64,000 nt of DNA. Source: Eledone cirrhosa (lineage: Eukaryota). Where the stretch lies: assembly GCA_964016885.1 (NCBI GenBank), contig OZ024762.1, positions 3,720,001-3,784,000 on the forward strand. The letters are read 5' to 3'. The stretch's first letter is position 1. Each line of letters starts with the position of its first letter. A program made the translations under genes and the position numbers. The notes beneath the pieces are model-generated. The model saw only the letters and a program-made list of their open reading frames with translations, was not told where the DNA came from and did not search any database. Positions 49,950 through 63,200 of the stretch are shown piece after piece.

Positions 49950-51303
49950 TTGTAGCTGTGATGTTGTAACCCTAGGACTGTAGCTGTGATGTTGTAACCC
50001 TAGGACTGTAGCTGTGATGTTTTAACCCTAGGTCTGTAGCTGTGATGTAACCCTAGGACTGTAGCTGTGATGTTTTAACCCTAGGACTGTAGCTGTGATG
50101 TTTTAACCCTAGGACTGTAGCTGTGATGTTTTAACCCTAGGACTGTAGCTGTGATGTTGTAACCCTAGGACTGTAGCTGTGATGTTTTAACCCTAGGACT
50201 GTAGCTGTGATGTTTTAACCCTAGGACTGTAGCTGTGATGTTGTAACCCTAGGACTGTAGCTGTGATGTTGTAACCCTAGGACTGTAGCTGTGATGTTGT
50301 AACCCTAGGACTGTAGCTGTGATGTTGTAACCCTAGGACTGTAGCTGTGATGTTGTAACCCTAGGACTGTAGCTGTGATGTTGTAACCCTAGGACTGTAG
50401 CTGTGATGTTGTAACCCTAGGACTGTAGCTGTGATGTAACCCTAGGACTGTAGCTGTGATGTTTTAACCCTAGGACTGTAGCTGTGATGTTTTAACCCTA
50501 GGACTGTAGCTGTGATGTTTTAACCCTAGGACTGTAGCTGTGATGTTTTAACCCTAGGACTGTAGCTGTGATGTTTTAACCCTAGGACTGTAGCTGTGAT
50601 GTTTTAACCCTAGGACTGTAGCTGTGATGTTTTAACCCTAGGACTGTAGCTGTGATGTTGTAACCCTAGGACTGTAGCTGTGATGTTGTAACCCTAGGAC
50701 TGTAGCTGTGATGTTGTAACCCTAGGACTGTAGCTGTGATGTTTTAACCCTAGGTCTGTAGCTGTGATGTTGTAACCCTAGGACTGTAGCTGTGATGTAA
50801 CCCTAGGACTGTAGCTGTGATGTTTTAACCCTAGGACTGTAGCTGTGATGTTTTAACCCTAGGACTGTAGCTGTGATGTTGTAACCCTAGGACTGTAGCT
50901 GTGATGTTGTAACCCTAGGACTGTAGCTGTGATGTTGTAACCCTAGGACTGTAGCTGTGATGTAACCCTAGGACTGTAGCTGTGATGTTGTAACCCTAGG
51001 ACTGTAGCTGTGATGTTGTAACCCTAGGACTGTAGCTGTGAAGTTGTAACCCTAGGTCTGTAGCTGTGATGTTGTAACCCTAGGACTGTAGCTGTGATGT
51101 AACCCTAGGACTGTAGCTGTGATGTTGTAACCCTAGGACTGTAGCTGTGATGTTTTAACCCTAGGTCTGTAGCTGTGATGTTTTAACCCTAGGACTGTAG
51201 CTGTGATGTTGTAACCCTAGGTCTGTAGCTGTGATGTTTTAACCCTAGGTCTGTAGCTGTGATGTTGTAACCCTAGGACTGTAGCTGTGATGTTTTAACC
51301 CTA
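49950..51303. repeat. Minisatellite, 28-bp unit CTGTAGCTGTGATGTT(G/T)TAACCCTAGGA, about 48 copies, with occasional 25-bp variants
   Basis: Directly visible. Confidence 0.98.
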
Positions 51304-54300
51304 TTTGTGTCTGTGTTAGTGTGTGTGTCTTAGTGGTTAGTATGTCTGTGTCTGTATGTTTGTCTGTGTCCTAGTGGTTAGTGTATAGTCTGTGTGTGTT
51401 TCAGTGTGTTGTGTCCTTCAGCAAGGTACTTTATTTCACATTGCTCTAGTGCACTAAGCAACTGAGTACCTCTAACTGAGGGGGCTAGACTTAGCACACT
51501 GTACCATGCTGGATCTCCCTGAGGATTACATTAAGAGTGCACGGGTTTGTGGAATGTGTATCCACAGGCAGGTTGTTGTGTTGAACAAACAACTAGTGCA
51601 CTTGTCGAAAGTGACAGAAGTCCATCCCAAAGAGTGGAAGTAAATGAGAGAAAAAAAAAAAAATGAGCAGTGCTGAGAACAAAAGAAGAAATGATTATAA
51701 AGTGATATAGGAAGTTAAATTGTGAAGGCATGACTTAGTGGTAAGGGTGTTGGACTTACAATCCGTGGGTTTGATTCCTGGACTGGGTTGTATGTTGTGT
51801 TCTTGAGAAAAACACTTCATTTCACGTTGCTCCAGTATACTCAGCTGAAAATGAGTACCAGCATTAGCTGGGGGTTTAACCCTGCGATGGACTGGCGTCC
51901 TGTCCAGGGGGGAGTCTTGTATTCTGTCACTTAACATTATGGAAACTGGGATAAGCACCACCTGATGAGTCTCCTGACTTGAGACAGATGTTCACCCTGC
52001 AATGGACTGGCGTCCCTGCCCAGGGGTGGGTCTTGTACTCTCAGTCGCTTCACACCACTGAAATTGGGATAACCACTGGCCTGATGAGGTTCTGGGCTCG
52101 AGACAGACTTTAGACCTTTTAGTTAATGGGAGTGGGCTATGGTGGTTATGAATTTTTAAAAAGAAATGGGGTGGATAGGGGAAATGGTGGAGATTTAGAC
52201 AGAATTATGTATTGTGTGCATTTGTGTATAACATGCACTTCCTTTTGAGCAGAAAAATCTCGTGTCCGTGATGATAAAAGCGCACTTGCCCTCACAGATG
52301 CTGAAAAGAAAGTAGCATGGCAGAGCTATTATGAAAGATTACTGAATGAAGAGAATGCAAGGGAGAATGAGAGCCAAGTGGACCCAACAGAAGGCCCAGA
52401 CTTACAAGTCAGCAGAAATGTCTTGAAAAGCCAGTTTTTTTATTTTATTATCAGCTTTGCAATAAAATACACAAGTCTATCTGTTTTTGTTCCTTTAATC
52501 AGTTAGCATATGTATGATTATTAGGTGAAGGCCGAACACATGTTTTTAACATTCTCACAAAAATTTAACACTTCATTGCATACCCAGATACACAAGTAAT
52601 GGTGGAATATTTATCAATCAAGGACACAAAAATATAAACACACACACACATGGCTTTGTAGAAACTGTGGAATACACAGACATTTCAGAAATAGATGAAA
52701 CAACACATATACAGTATCAGTAAAACTTTATTCAAACATTTTATTACATAATGTAATCTATATATAAATTTGAGCAACTTCCGTCCATATGTCACACAAT
52801 GTGTGTGTGTCTGTAAAAGGAAGGAAGGAGATGGTGAAAAAACTATAGCAAAACAGCAGCTGGCGTTCCATTTGCTACACTCTGTATGAGTGGGTGAATG
52901 TATGTCTGTGAGTGTCTGTGTTTTGGACGCTAATCCTTCATCAGAAGATAGAATGAGAGGTGCAGTTGTGCAAGGTCAACTTTTATCAACTCCTCCCAAG
53001 TCTTCCTGGTCTTCTTACTCCATAGCTTCCATCAACTTTAAGCGCTCTAGACCTTTATATGTAGCTGTCGTCCTTCATACACATCACATGTCCATACCAA
53101 TGCAATCTCCTCTCCTGCACACTGTATCTGATTCCCCTTATGCCTAGTTTCTCTCTGTTTGTTTATGCTTTGCCATTCACATATATTATTATTAGACATC
53201 CATTGAAGCATGTAAGCTTTATTTCTTTCCAGTCTTTGCAAGCCCTCTGCACACATTGTCCAGGGATCATTATCATGCAACATTGCTATTTGTATACATG
53301 CATCATACAATCTGCCTTTCGTTTTGAGGAAAAAGACTTTTGTAGCTAGCAGTGGTAGTAGCTCCTTGAACATCTTCCATCCTGTTCTTACTCTGGCTAC
53401 TGTCCTTTCAAAACACTCACCTCCGCTGCTAATTTGGTCACATAAGTAGCAGAAGCTGTCTACTGTTTCTACTGAACCTTCCTGGAATTTGATAGTGCTT
53501 GTTTCCTGTGGTCATGTGCTGCTTACTAGTGGTAGTTGTAGTGGTGGTTGTGGTAGTTGTGATGGTGGTAGTGGTAATGGTGAAAGTTGCAATTATGGTA
53601 GTGATGATGGAGGTGGTTGTGATGGGGGTGGTAATGATAGTGGTAGTGGTGGTGATGATGGTGATGGTAATGATAGTAGTGGTGGTGGGGATAGTGATGA
53701 TGGTGGTGGTAATGATGATCAGGTTAGTAGTAAGGGTGGTAGAGATGATAATGCTGATGATGGTGTGGTGATGGTAATGGTAGTGGTGATGGTGGTGGTG
53801 GTTGTATTCATGATAGTGGTGATGGTATGGTAGCCATAGTAGTGGTGGCCGTCATGATGATAGTAGTAGTGATGGTAGTGATAGTAGTAGTAGTAGTAGT
53901 GGTGGTGGTGGTGGTGGTGGCTGTGGTTGTTGATAACTTGTCTTGTTTGTTTATCATTTCTCTACCATGACATTTCCATCAAGGACAATTTCTGTTATTT
54001 TAGCAATTAGATATATTTCTTTTGTTTGTATCCAGCGGAGATAAAAGTTGCAGTGTACCCCTCCCTGTCTTATATCCAGTGTGTTCTGGTACACAGTACA
54101 TCTCCTGTGTTATATCCAGTGTACACAGTATCCCTGTGTGTTGTAAGACACAACTAAAACGGTTGATACCAGGAAGTGCATCCAGCTGTAAGACAATACC
54201 TGCAAAAGGGGCCTCAGGTTATGCTCCCCTTCCCCAAGCATGACAGAAAACCTTTATCTCCCACCTTTCGGGGTGGGAGATATGGTCTTTAACCGTTTAG

Positions 54301-54560
54301 CATTTACATTACTCTGTATATACTATTGTATTTTCACGGTAAAGGCTTTATCTCACATGATTCTCTCACATAATATTGAATGTATGAGATTTTGGTATTA
54401 TGAAACTCTGAGTAGCTATGAAAACACATATTTAGTTACCATGTATTTTAAGTAATATATATCATCTCTATGCTTACACATCAATTTTCAAGTGTACATA
54501 TATATTTTTCTAACAACTTCCCATCATAGTTTTATGTAAGATTGCTTGTTAACCCTTTAA

Positions 54561-54982
54561 CATTTACATTACTCTATATTTAATATCATATTTTCATGGT
54601 AAACACTTTACCTCACATAATATCTCACATAACATTTACATTACTCTATATTTAATATTATATTTTCATGGTAAACACTTTACCTCACATAATATCTCAC
54701 ATAACATTTACATTACTCTATATTTAATATTATATTTTCATGGTAAACACTTTACCTCACATAATATCTCACATAACATTTACATTACTCTATATTTAAT
54801 ATTATATTTTCATGGTAAACACTTTACCTCACATAATATCTCACATAACATTTACATTACTCTATATTTAATATCATATTTTCATGGTAAACACTTTACC
54901 TCACATAATATCTCATAACATTTACATTACTCTATATTTAATATTATATTTTCATGGTAAACACTTTACCTCACATAATATC
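54561..54982. repeat. 72-bp tandem array (about 6 copies) amplified from the interior of a piggyBac-like MITE
   Basis: Unit CATTTACATTACTCTATATTTAAT...CTCACATAA starts right after TTAACCCTTTAA; the MITE body resumes after the array. Confidence 0.9.
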
Positions 54983-55820
54983 GAATCTATGAAATATTAT
55001 CTATTTTGAGAACAATACCTTAATATCAGTATGAGCGGCCAGTTACAGCTGGTTTGAACAGAAAGAGGTGAGAAAATTCTTGCCGGATATGGCTGATTTA
55101 ACTCTTTAGCATTTACATTGTTTCAAAGGGCATCCAGCAGCCATAAAAACCCATCCAACACAGTCTCGATATGTGCAAGGTATGATGTGGCCATCTGGTC
55201 AGACGTAACAGGACCACCCAGTTTCACACTGTAAACCTGGTTGGTGTTAGGAAGGGCATCAAGTTGTAAAAATCCCAGCCAAAATACTGTTCCATTTGAA
55301 CAAGATATGGCATGGCCAACTGACCAAACTTGCATCATTTTGGGATGACCTGTCTCACCCACGCAAGCATGGAAAAATAGATGTTAAACAGTGATGATGA
55401 TGATATATACTATAATATTTTCACGGTAAAAGCTTTACCTCACATAATATCTAATCTATGGGATTTTTAAATCATTTATTTTGAGAACAGTACCATAACA
55501 TCAGTATGAGCAGCTGGTTACAGCCGGTTTGAACAGAAAGAGGAGAGAATTCTGGCTGGATATGACCAGTTTAAATGCTAAAGGGTTAAACACTTGGTGT
55601 CATTTGGTCATTTTGTGTTTTCTTGTATTATATTTTGTAAAGTTTAGCTGTCCTACATTGATTAGTGAGAAAAAGTTACCTCTAAATATTTCATTACACA
55701 AAATGGAGTTGATTGTTTGACTAACTTGGAAATTTTTCTTTTTTTTTTCTCTTCTCTTCACTTGAATTATGTGGATTAAAAATATTTGGAATTTCAAACT
55801 TTTCATATCTCACCCTCCAA

Positions 55821-55856
<36 letters not shown>

Positions 55857-56304
55857 GATGTGGTGGTGGTGGTGGTGGTGATGATGGGGGATCATTGGCA
55901 ATAGAACTCTAATGAAGAAAACAAAAATATCTCGTTCGATTCACCGGATTCACTGTGTATATGAATGCAGTGTTTGTTCCAGATCTCTGCACTCTTGAGT
56001 TCAAAACCCACCAACATTAACTTTGCCTTCAATACATTCGGCCATATCATCATCATCATCATCGTTTAACATTCATCTTCCATGCTAGCATAGGTAGGAT
56101 GGGCTGTCCCTTTGTGAGGGATTAGATCGGGGGACTGATTCACTCACACACAACTGATTTGGGCTTGGTTTCTATGGCTGAATGGCCTTCCTAACACCAA
56201 CCACATTTACAGTGTGTGCTGTGTGCTTTTTGCTGTGTCACCTACATGGTCACTTTACAGTATGGACTGTGTGCTTTTTGTCATGACACCTACATGACCA
56301 CTTT

Positions 56305-56355
<51 letters not shown>

Positions 56356-57443
56356 ATATGTGCATACTGTATACACTCAAATATAAATAGACACCCTATT
56401 TTATATTTGAGAAATGGACAAAAATCCAAACACCGTGTATAAGCCAAGACAGCCAATCAACACAATATGTTTAGATGGTGCAGGTTTAAAGTTCTCATGA
56501 GTGGAGAATATATTTATGAAATTTTAATATTTTGATATTTAAAATATTTTAAGTGTCATTTAGAGTATAGTTTTTGTTTCACAACTCCATTACATAATGA
56601 TTTTTTATCAATTTCCAACTGTTCTGAAGGCCATATTTATTCAAAGCATATAAAAAAATAATAGGAAAAACAAATTTCCCCTCCAAAGTGAAACCAGTGT
56701 AATATTCAACTCCATCGTAAAAATATTTTAGCACCTCATTTACGTAAAATTTGAAATTGGTAAAAATCAACAAAATATTGACCTTGACTATAATATCCCC
56801 CTCCCAGTTTTACCATTGATTGATTGATTTTTTTTTTGTCACATATTTCTCAGCTTATATACAAGTGTTTGGCATATATATATGTATACACACTTTGATT
56901 TCCTGTACAGGCAATATTTATTAGAATGCACAGCCTTTGTATATATATATATATATATATATATATTGGGGACACCCTGTATATACATTTTTCTTTATCT
57001 TTTTTAAAATCTTATTTTGCCTCCTGTTGTTCTTCTCTATTTAAATTTTATTATTATTTTTAAAAAAAAATTTTTTTATATTCACTTATCTCTGTATATC
57101 TTGTTTTTTTTTTGTGTCTCAACTGTAAGAAGTACAAGACATTTCCCCAGGTCTGATGTGGCTTATTAGCTCTATACGGACGTTTAAATTGATTAACCTG
57201 TTACTGGCCGTATCCAGCCAGAATCCTTTCACCTGTTTTTGTTCAAACCAGCCATAACTGTCTGCTCATACTTATGTTGAAGTATTGGTCTCAAATTAAA
57301 TATCAAAAGCTCATAGATTCGATATTATGTGAGATAATTATTAATTTTACTGTGAAAATACAACAGTAAATATAGAGTAATGTAAATACTAAAGGGTTGA
57401 ATAAATAAATATATTTCAAGTTTCTTCATCTTATTCTTTTTAG

Positions 57444-57536
57444 GCATTGCTGGGTGTTGTGCCAAAACTACAGTTGCTCCACTGGACAGAGTGAAAATCT
57501 TGCTTCAAGCACACAATCGACATTATCGCCACCTAG
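57444..57536 (+). CDS. SLC25A16: SLC25A16 coding exon 2
   Basis: ttttag|...|gtaagc; IAGCCAKTTVAPLDRVKILLQAHNRHYRHLG contains the carrier signature PxDxxK and closely resembles SLC25A16. Confidence 0.95.
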
Positions 57537-57689
57537 GTAAGCATATGGTGAACATTTCAGCCAGTTGTGGGTGGTGGTGTGGTAGTAATGTGGTGGTGGT
57601 GGGAGAGGGCATACTGAGGACAGTTGGTTCCTTAATTTACAGAAGGGGTGGGGGGTGTTGTTGTTAGAGAAATAGAAACAAGTTTTTAA

Positions 57690-57955
57690 ATATCTGCAGT
57701 CACAGGGTGTACATGTCTACCATTACAGTGTGTATATATCTACCGTGACAGTGTGTATATATTTACCGTGACAGTGTGTATATATCTACCGTCACAGGGT
57801 GTATATATCTGCTTTCACAGGGTGTATATATCTGCTTTCACAGGGTGTATATATCTACCATCACGATGTAATATATCTGCTGTCACAGGGTGCATATATC
57901 TACCATTACAGGGTGTATATATCTACTATCACAGGATATATATATCTACCATCAT
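57690..57955. repeat. Degenerate ~23-bp minisatellite (TATATCTACCGTCACAGGGTGTA)
   Basis: Directly visible. Confidence 0.85.
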
Positions 57956-58341
57956 TCCACTGTAAAGTGGTCGTGGCGGTGCCACGGCAAGAAAGCACCC
58001 AGCACTCACTGTAAATGAGGTTGGTGTTAGGAAGGGCATCCAGCTGTAGAAATTAAGCCAGAATCAGTTCCCATCCCACCCCTGCAAGCAGGGAAAAGCG
58101 GATGTAAAATGATGATGATAATATATATATGCGCACACCCATTACTCTGTCAAGTAGCTACATTTGGAAGGAGAAAGGGAGGAGGGAGAAAGGAAAGAGA
58201 TAGGGCATTGAAGAATGAGGGGAGAGCCAGGGAACAAGGAGGAATGGTGTAAGGGGCAAAATATAAAGGGGACAAGGGACTGGGAGGGAAGAAGGGCTTA
58301 TCTTCTTTCACTAATTTTTTTCTTGTTTTTGTATCTGTCAG

Positions 58342-58475
58342 GGGTTTTTTCCTCTTTACAACATGTCATACACAAAGAAGGTTTTCTGGGACTCTACAAA
58401 GGAAACGGTGTGCAGATGCTGCGAATCTTCCCATATTCTGCCATTCAGTTTGGTGCTTATGAAGAATTTAAAAAG
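58342..58475 (+). CDS. SLC25A16: SLC25A16 coding exon 3
   Basis: tctgtcag|...AAG|gtaaat; VFSSLQHVIHKEGFLGLYKGNGVQMLRIFPYSAIQFGAYEEFKK includes the EG..GLYKG motif. Confidence 0.95.
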
Positions 58476-58498
58476 GTAAATTTCTCATTCTCTCTCTC

Positions 58499-58537
<39 letters not shown>

Positions 58538-58543
58538 AAATAC

Positions 58544-58575
<32 letters not shown>

Positions 58576-58589
58576 ATGTATGTATACAT

Positions 58590-58822
58590 CTAGTCATAGA
58601 AACCAGTACACTCTGTAAAGAGGTTGGTGTTAGGAAGGACATCTAGTCATAGAAACCATGCTCCCAGTACACTCTGTAAAGAGGTTGGTGTTAGGAAGGA
58701 CATCTAGTCATAGAAACCATGCTCCCAGTACACTCTGTAAAGAGGTTGGTGTTAGGAAGGACATCTAGTCATAGAAACCATGCTCCCAGTACACTCTGTA
58801 AAGAGGTTGGTGTTAGGAAGGG
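58590..58822. repeat. 61-bp tandem repeat (about 4 copies) derived from the SINE-like core
   Basis: CCAGTACACTCTGTAAAGAGGTTGGTGTTAGGAAGGACATCTAGTCATAGAAACC repeated. Confidence 0.9.
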
Positions 58823-59508
58823 TATATAATCATAGGTTATAAGTTATATACTTTTTTTTATATAAAACATGGCTGGTTATGTTCATTTGCATATTGTTTG
58901 GACATGCTCATTTGCATATAGTGTGAATAAAACATTTTTTGGACATGCTCATTTGCATATAGTGTGAATAAAACATTGTTTGGACATGTGTATAGGATTG
59001 TAGGAGTGAAAAGGGGAGGCAACCCCCTTTTTTTAAGTTGATAGGAGAAAGGAGATAACTTATGTCATGGTTCTAGTTTATAGCAAGCTTAAGACTCTAC
59101 AAGAGTTAGTAATAAGGAAGTGTTGTTTGTTGTAGAAGCACAAATATACAGAATGTACAGTGCTGCCATCTGATGGTTACTGTGGTCTCTTATATTGCAT
59201 TGTGTGCAATTGTGGGTGTACACTCTCTGTTGTGCGTTACGGGATACAAATACTTCTCTAACACAGCGTACCTTCTAGTACAGGAGTCGGCAACCCGCGG
59301 GTCACATCTGGCCCGCCAACAGGTTTAAATGTTCGGCTGAGCGGTCACCTTCTTACCCCTAGCTCCACGTCCTGTCCCCTTCTTACCCCTTTCTCCATGT
59401 CTTGTCCACCTCCTGTCTAGTGAGCAACATTAGACAATTCCCCCTACCCCTTCTGTAGTAATTTTCTTGCCTAATTTCTTTTCTGAATTATGATCAACTT
59501 TTCAACAG

Positions 59509-59572
59509 ATAATGAAGTCGGTTACAAATTGTCACACTCACATCGTCAAGTTGACAGCTGGATCCTTAGCAG
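59509..59572 (+). CDS. SLC25A16: SLC25A16 coding exon 4; remaining exons presumably lie beyond the window
   Basis: ttttcaacag|...G|gtaact; IMKSVTNCHTHIVKLTAGSLAG starts carrier repeat 2. Confidence 0.9.
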
Positions 59573-59699
59573 GTAACTATTCACTTTTCACACACTAAAC
59601 AAATATTCGCTTTTATGAACATACATGTGGGGTTTTTTGTGGGGTGAGGTGGTTCTTATAATTTATTTGATATCTCTGGCCCTGTTTTCAGGGGTTGAG

Positions 59700-60260
59700 C
59701 CTTATAACCAATATGTCAGTGCACTTGACTGGTGATGAAGGTGTCAGTGAGTTTGCATCCAACTACTCAAATTGGGAAATGGGCTTCTTGAAAAGGACTC
59801 CAGCGACCAGATTCATGTCATTTGGCCATATCATTGACACAGAACTAGAACTGATTGCGAGAGTGTTTCCAACCATTCAGATCAGATAATGTGATCTCAA
59901 ATGTCTTTGGGAATGAGTAATCTTAGCACTGAAAAATGTTGATGTGAAAGAAATCAACAGAAGTCTGCTGGACATGTTACCAGGAGAGAAAAGATGCTAC
60001 AAATCAGTTGACACAATCAATACCCAAGACCAGGTTGTAAACTATCCAACTGAATATTTTTTAACATTCTTGAACTAGCAGCAATTCCTCCACACAACCT
60101 GATACTGAATCTTGGAGCATTGGTTGTGCTACTTTATAATCTGGATCCTCCAAAACCTTACAATGGCACAAGACTCATCATTAAAAATATGATGTTCAAT
60201 GTCCTAGAAGCTGCTATCATGTCAGGAAAATTTGCTGGTGACAATTGTTTCATTGCCAAA
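59700..60260 (+). mobile_element. Helitron Pif1-like helicase remnant (stops and frameshift)
   Basis: ILALKNVDVKEIN..LL..LPGE...YKSVDT, NYPTEY, PPHNL.L..GA.VVLL.NLDPPK..NGTRLIIK match Helitron RepHel helicase motifs. Confidence 0.88.
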
Positions 60261-63200
60261 GTATATTGTAACTTTCATAAAATACCCGGGGATCGCCAGG
60301 TACCTCTGCTAGTTGAAAATATAAAAAAGGTACATAAAGGAAAAAGTATGATAGACTGTTTACAAAGAAGAGAGTAAAAAGTTCTTAGAAATGGAATGAA
60401 ATGGTTCATTATTGAGGATGTGTTAATCAGAAGGATTATAGTGAAAAACTATCATATTCAATGTCAATTTTCTTTTTTTTTCTATTGTGGGAATTCTCAG
60501 CCTCTCCTTCCCCTCCTTCCACACACTCACTCTTCAACCCTTCATTCTTTTTTTAATTTTATTTTATTCATTTTTCTTTGTTTTGTTTTTTTTATAAACA
60601 TTAACAGATTGATAAAATAAATATCAAACTTGAAAAAAAAAAATGCACTGGTGTTAATATCTTCTTCGCCCACTTATTCCTGAGAGGGTCGTGGGGGCAG
60701 AGTCCTCAAACACTCATTCCAGTGAGTCCTGTCAGAAGCAACCATCATTGATCCGGCTTGATCCCCAAGTGTGACCAGTCAAGCTCATGGATGTTATCCA
60801 ACCATCTTGCTTGGGGTCTACTCCTGGGTCTTTTGCCAGTTGGTTTTGCCCGTAAAATTTGTCCAGCGATTCTTTTCTGAGACATTCTAACCACATGCCC
60901 GTAGTATCAAAGCTGTGATCTCTCAATAGAGGCTCTACCTTGGGTTGATATGATTGATTCAAACTTTCAAAGCAGTGCTCCAGTATGACCACAATTTGAT
61001 GATTGAAAAACCAGTAAAAGAATAAAATAAGAATTATCTGTTGAAATATGTTTAGTTTAACCTGATTGTTCATAAAAAAGAATAACTTTCTGCAGATGAC
61101 AATTTTTAAAATTTTTACTGTTTTTTGAGATCCCTAGAGGGGCTACTGACCTCCCAGAGAGGCCAGGGATCTGCATTTTGCTTACGTATGGTCTCACAAT
61201 AGAGGCTACCATGTCCTTGGTACAACTGAAGTGTCAAACTTTCTATAAATGGATGCCAACCACTTTACAGAGTGTACTGGGTGTGTTTATCATGTAGATC
61301 ACCAACACTAGGGAGGTTGTCATGACCTTGACGCAACAATTTTGGGGGAGGAGAAAGTCATTAATTCGACACCAGTGCATTACTGGTACTTTATTTGATC
61401 AATTCTGTAACAATGAAAGGCAAAGCTAACGTCAGTGGAATTTGAACTCAGAACACAAAGAAATGTAACTATTTGCCAGAAAGCATGTTGTCTGCTCTAC
61501 CAATACCTATACCATTGGCAGTATCGGGGGAGGCTCGCACGCCATGCTTTGCAGTATAGAGTTTCGGCCCTTTGCGGTCTGAGTTAAAATCCTGCTGAGG
61601 TTAACTTTGCCTTTCATTCTTAAAGGGTCAATAAAATAAAGCATCAGTAATGCACAGGGGTTGATTTAATTGACTTACCCTGTCCTTTCAAATTGTTGGC
61701 CTTGTGCCTAAAGTAGAAACAATTATTATTGTAGTTTTTAACATTGGCTTAAAGACAAGTTTTCAGGAATGGTAAACACAATTTAATTCAACGAAATACT
61801 GATAATAAAGATTTCTAATTTTGGTGGAAAGAAGAAGTCGATTAAACCTTTAGCTTTTACATTACTCTATATTTACTATTATATTTTCAAGGTAAACACT
61901 TTATCTCACATAATTATGTATCTACGAGATTTTGATGTTATTTATTTTGAGAACAATATCTTGACATAAGTATGAGCAGCTGCTTATGGCTGGTTTGAAT
62001 AGAAAAAGGTGAGAGAATTCTGGCCTGACACGGCCGGTTTAAATGTTAAAGGGTTAAATATTGAACGAATAAAGCAAAGTTAACCTTGGTGAGATTTGAA
62101 CTAAAAAAGTATCATCAACATCACCATCATCATTATCACCACCATCATCACCACCACCACCATTATCATCATCATCACCATCATCATCACCACCACCATC
62201 ACCATCATCACTGCCATCACAACCACCATCGCCACCACCACCATCATCATCATCACTACCACCATCATCGCTACTATCACCACAATCACCACCACCACCA
62301 CCATCATCATCATTACTACTCTTTAAAAAAGTTAATTTCCTTTGTTACTGTAGTTTCTAGGTCAGTGTTATTGTTTAAAAGGTCATTGTAATAGTTTTAG
62401 CAATAAAGGTCATTGAATGTGGCTTGACACAAATATTGGACTAAACAATTCTGAATATTGTTTTCATTCCTCTTGTTTCTTCTTCCTCTAGCTAGGGGAC
62501 GGGGCTAGGCTTTAGTGTTCAGTCCACAAACATTAGTGACATAAGTGTCAGACAATTAATATGACTTACCAGTTATCATATTGTCTAAACTGTAGGGTGC
62601 AGGAGAGAAGACCGCGTTGGTATGGTCATGTGATGCACATGGATGATGACTGCTGGGTGAAGAAGTGCCATGTAATCCCAGTAGAAGGAAGACCATGGAA
62701 AACATGGGCGGAGGTGGTGAGCGCTGACCTCAGATTGCTGAAGCTCACCCAGGAGATGATGAAGGACCGTGACAAATGGGAAAATGATGTGCTGAAGAGG
62801 ACAAAAACAACAATAGGTCTGTCTACTAGTTAGTACAACAGAGCAGGTTTGTGAACAAGTTAGTAGAGTAGAGCAGGTTTGTGTACTAGTTAGTACAGTA
62901 GAACAAGTTTTTCTACTAGTTAACACAATAGTTAGTACATTGGAGTGGGTGTGTCTAACTTAACACAATACATTAACATATTAACCTGAAAAGCTCTTCA
63001 ACAAGTCAATGGTAGTTGACATATTGTTATAGATAAGTATTACAGTTATCAAGAGGGACTAATCAGTAACTTTCAGAGATGATATCTGTACATTGGTGTT
63101 TTTCTAGGTAACTTGTCACAGCTCTAGGTATTCCACTCAAGAGGGCTCGATAAATATTATATATACAAAGGCAGGGGATTGGCAGTATCGGTAGAGGGTC

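Noticed and set aside
59695-60377. Cellular PIF1 helicase gene or further SLC25A16 exon
   Set aside because: Stops and a frameshift, Helitron-type sequence, and no carrier motif (no TYPLD-like exon found before 64000)
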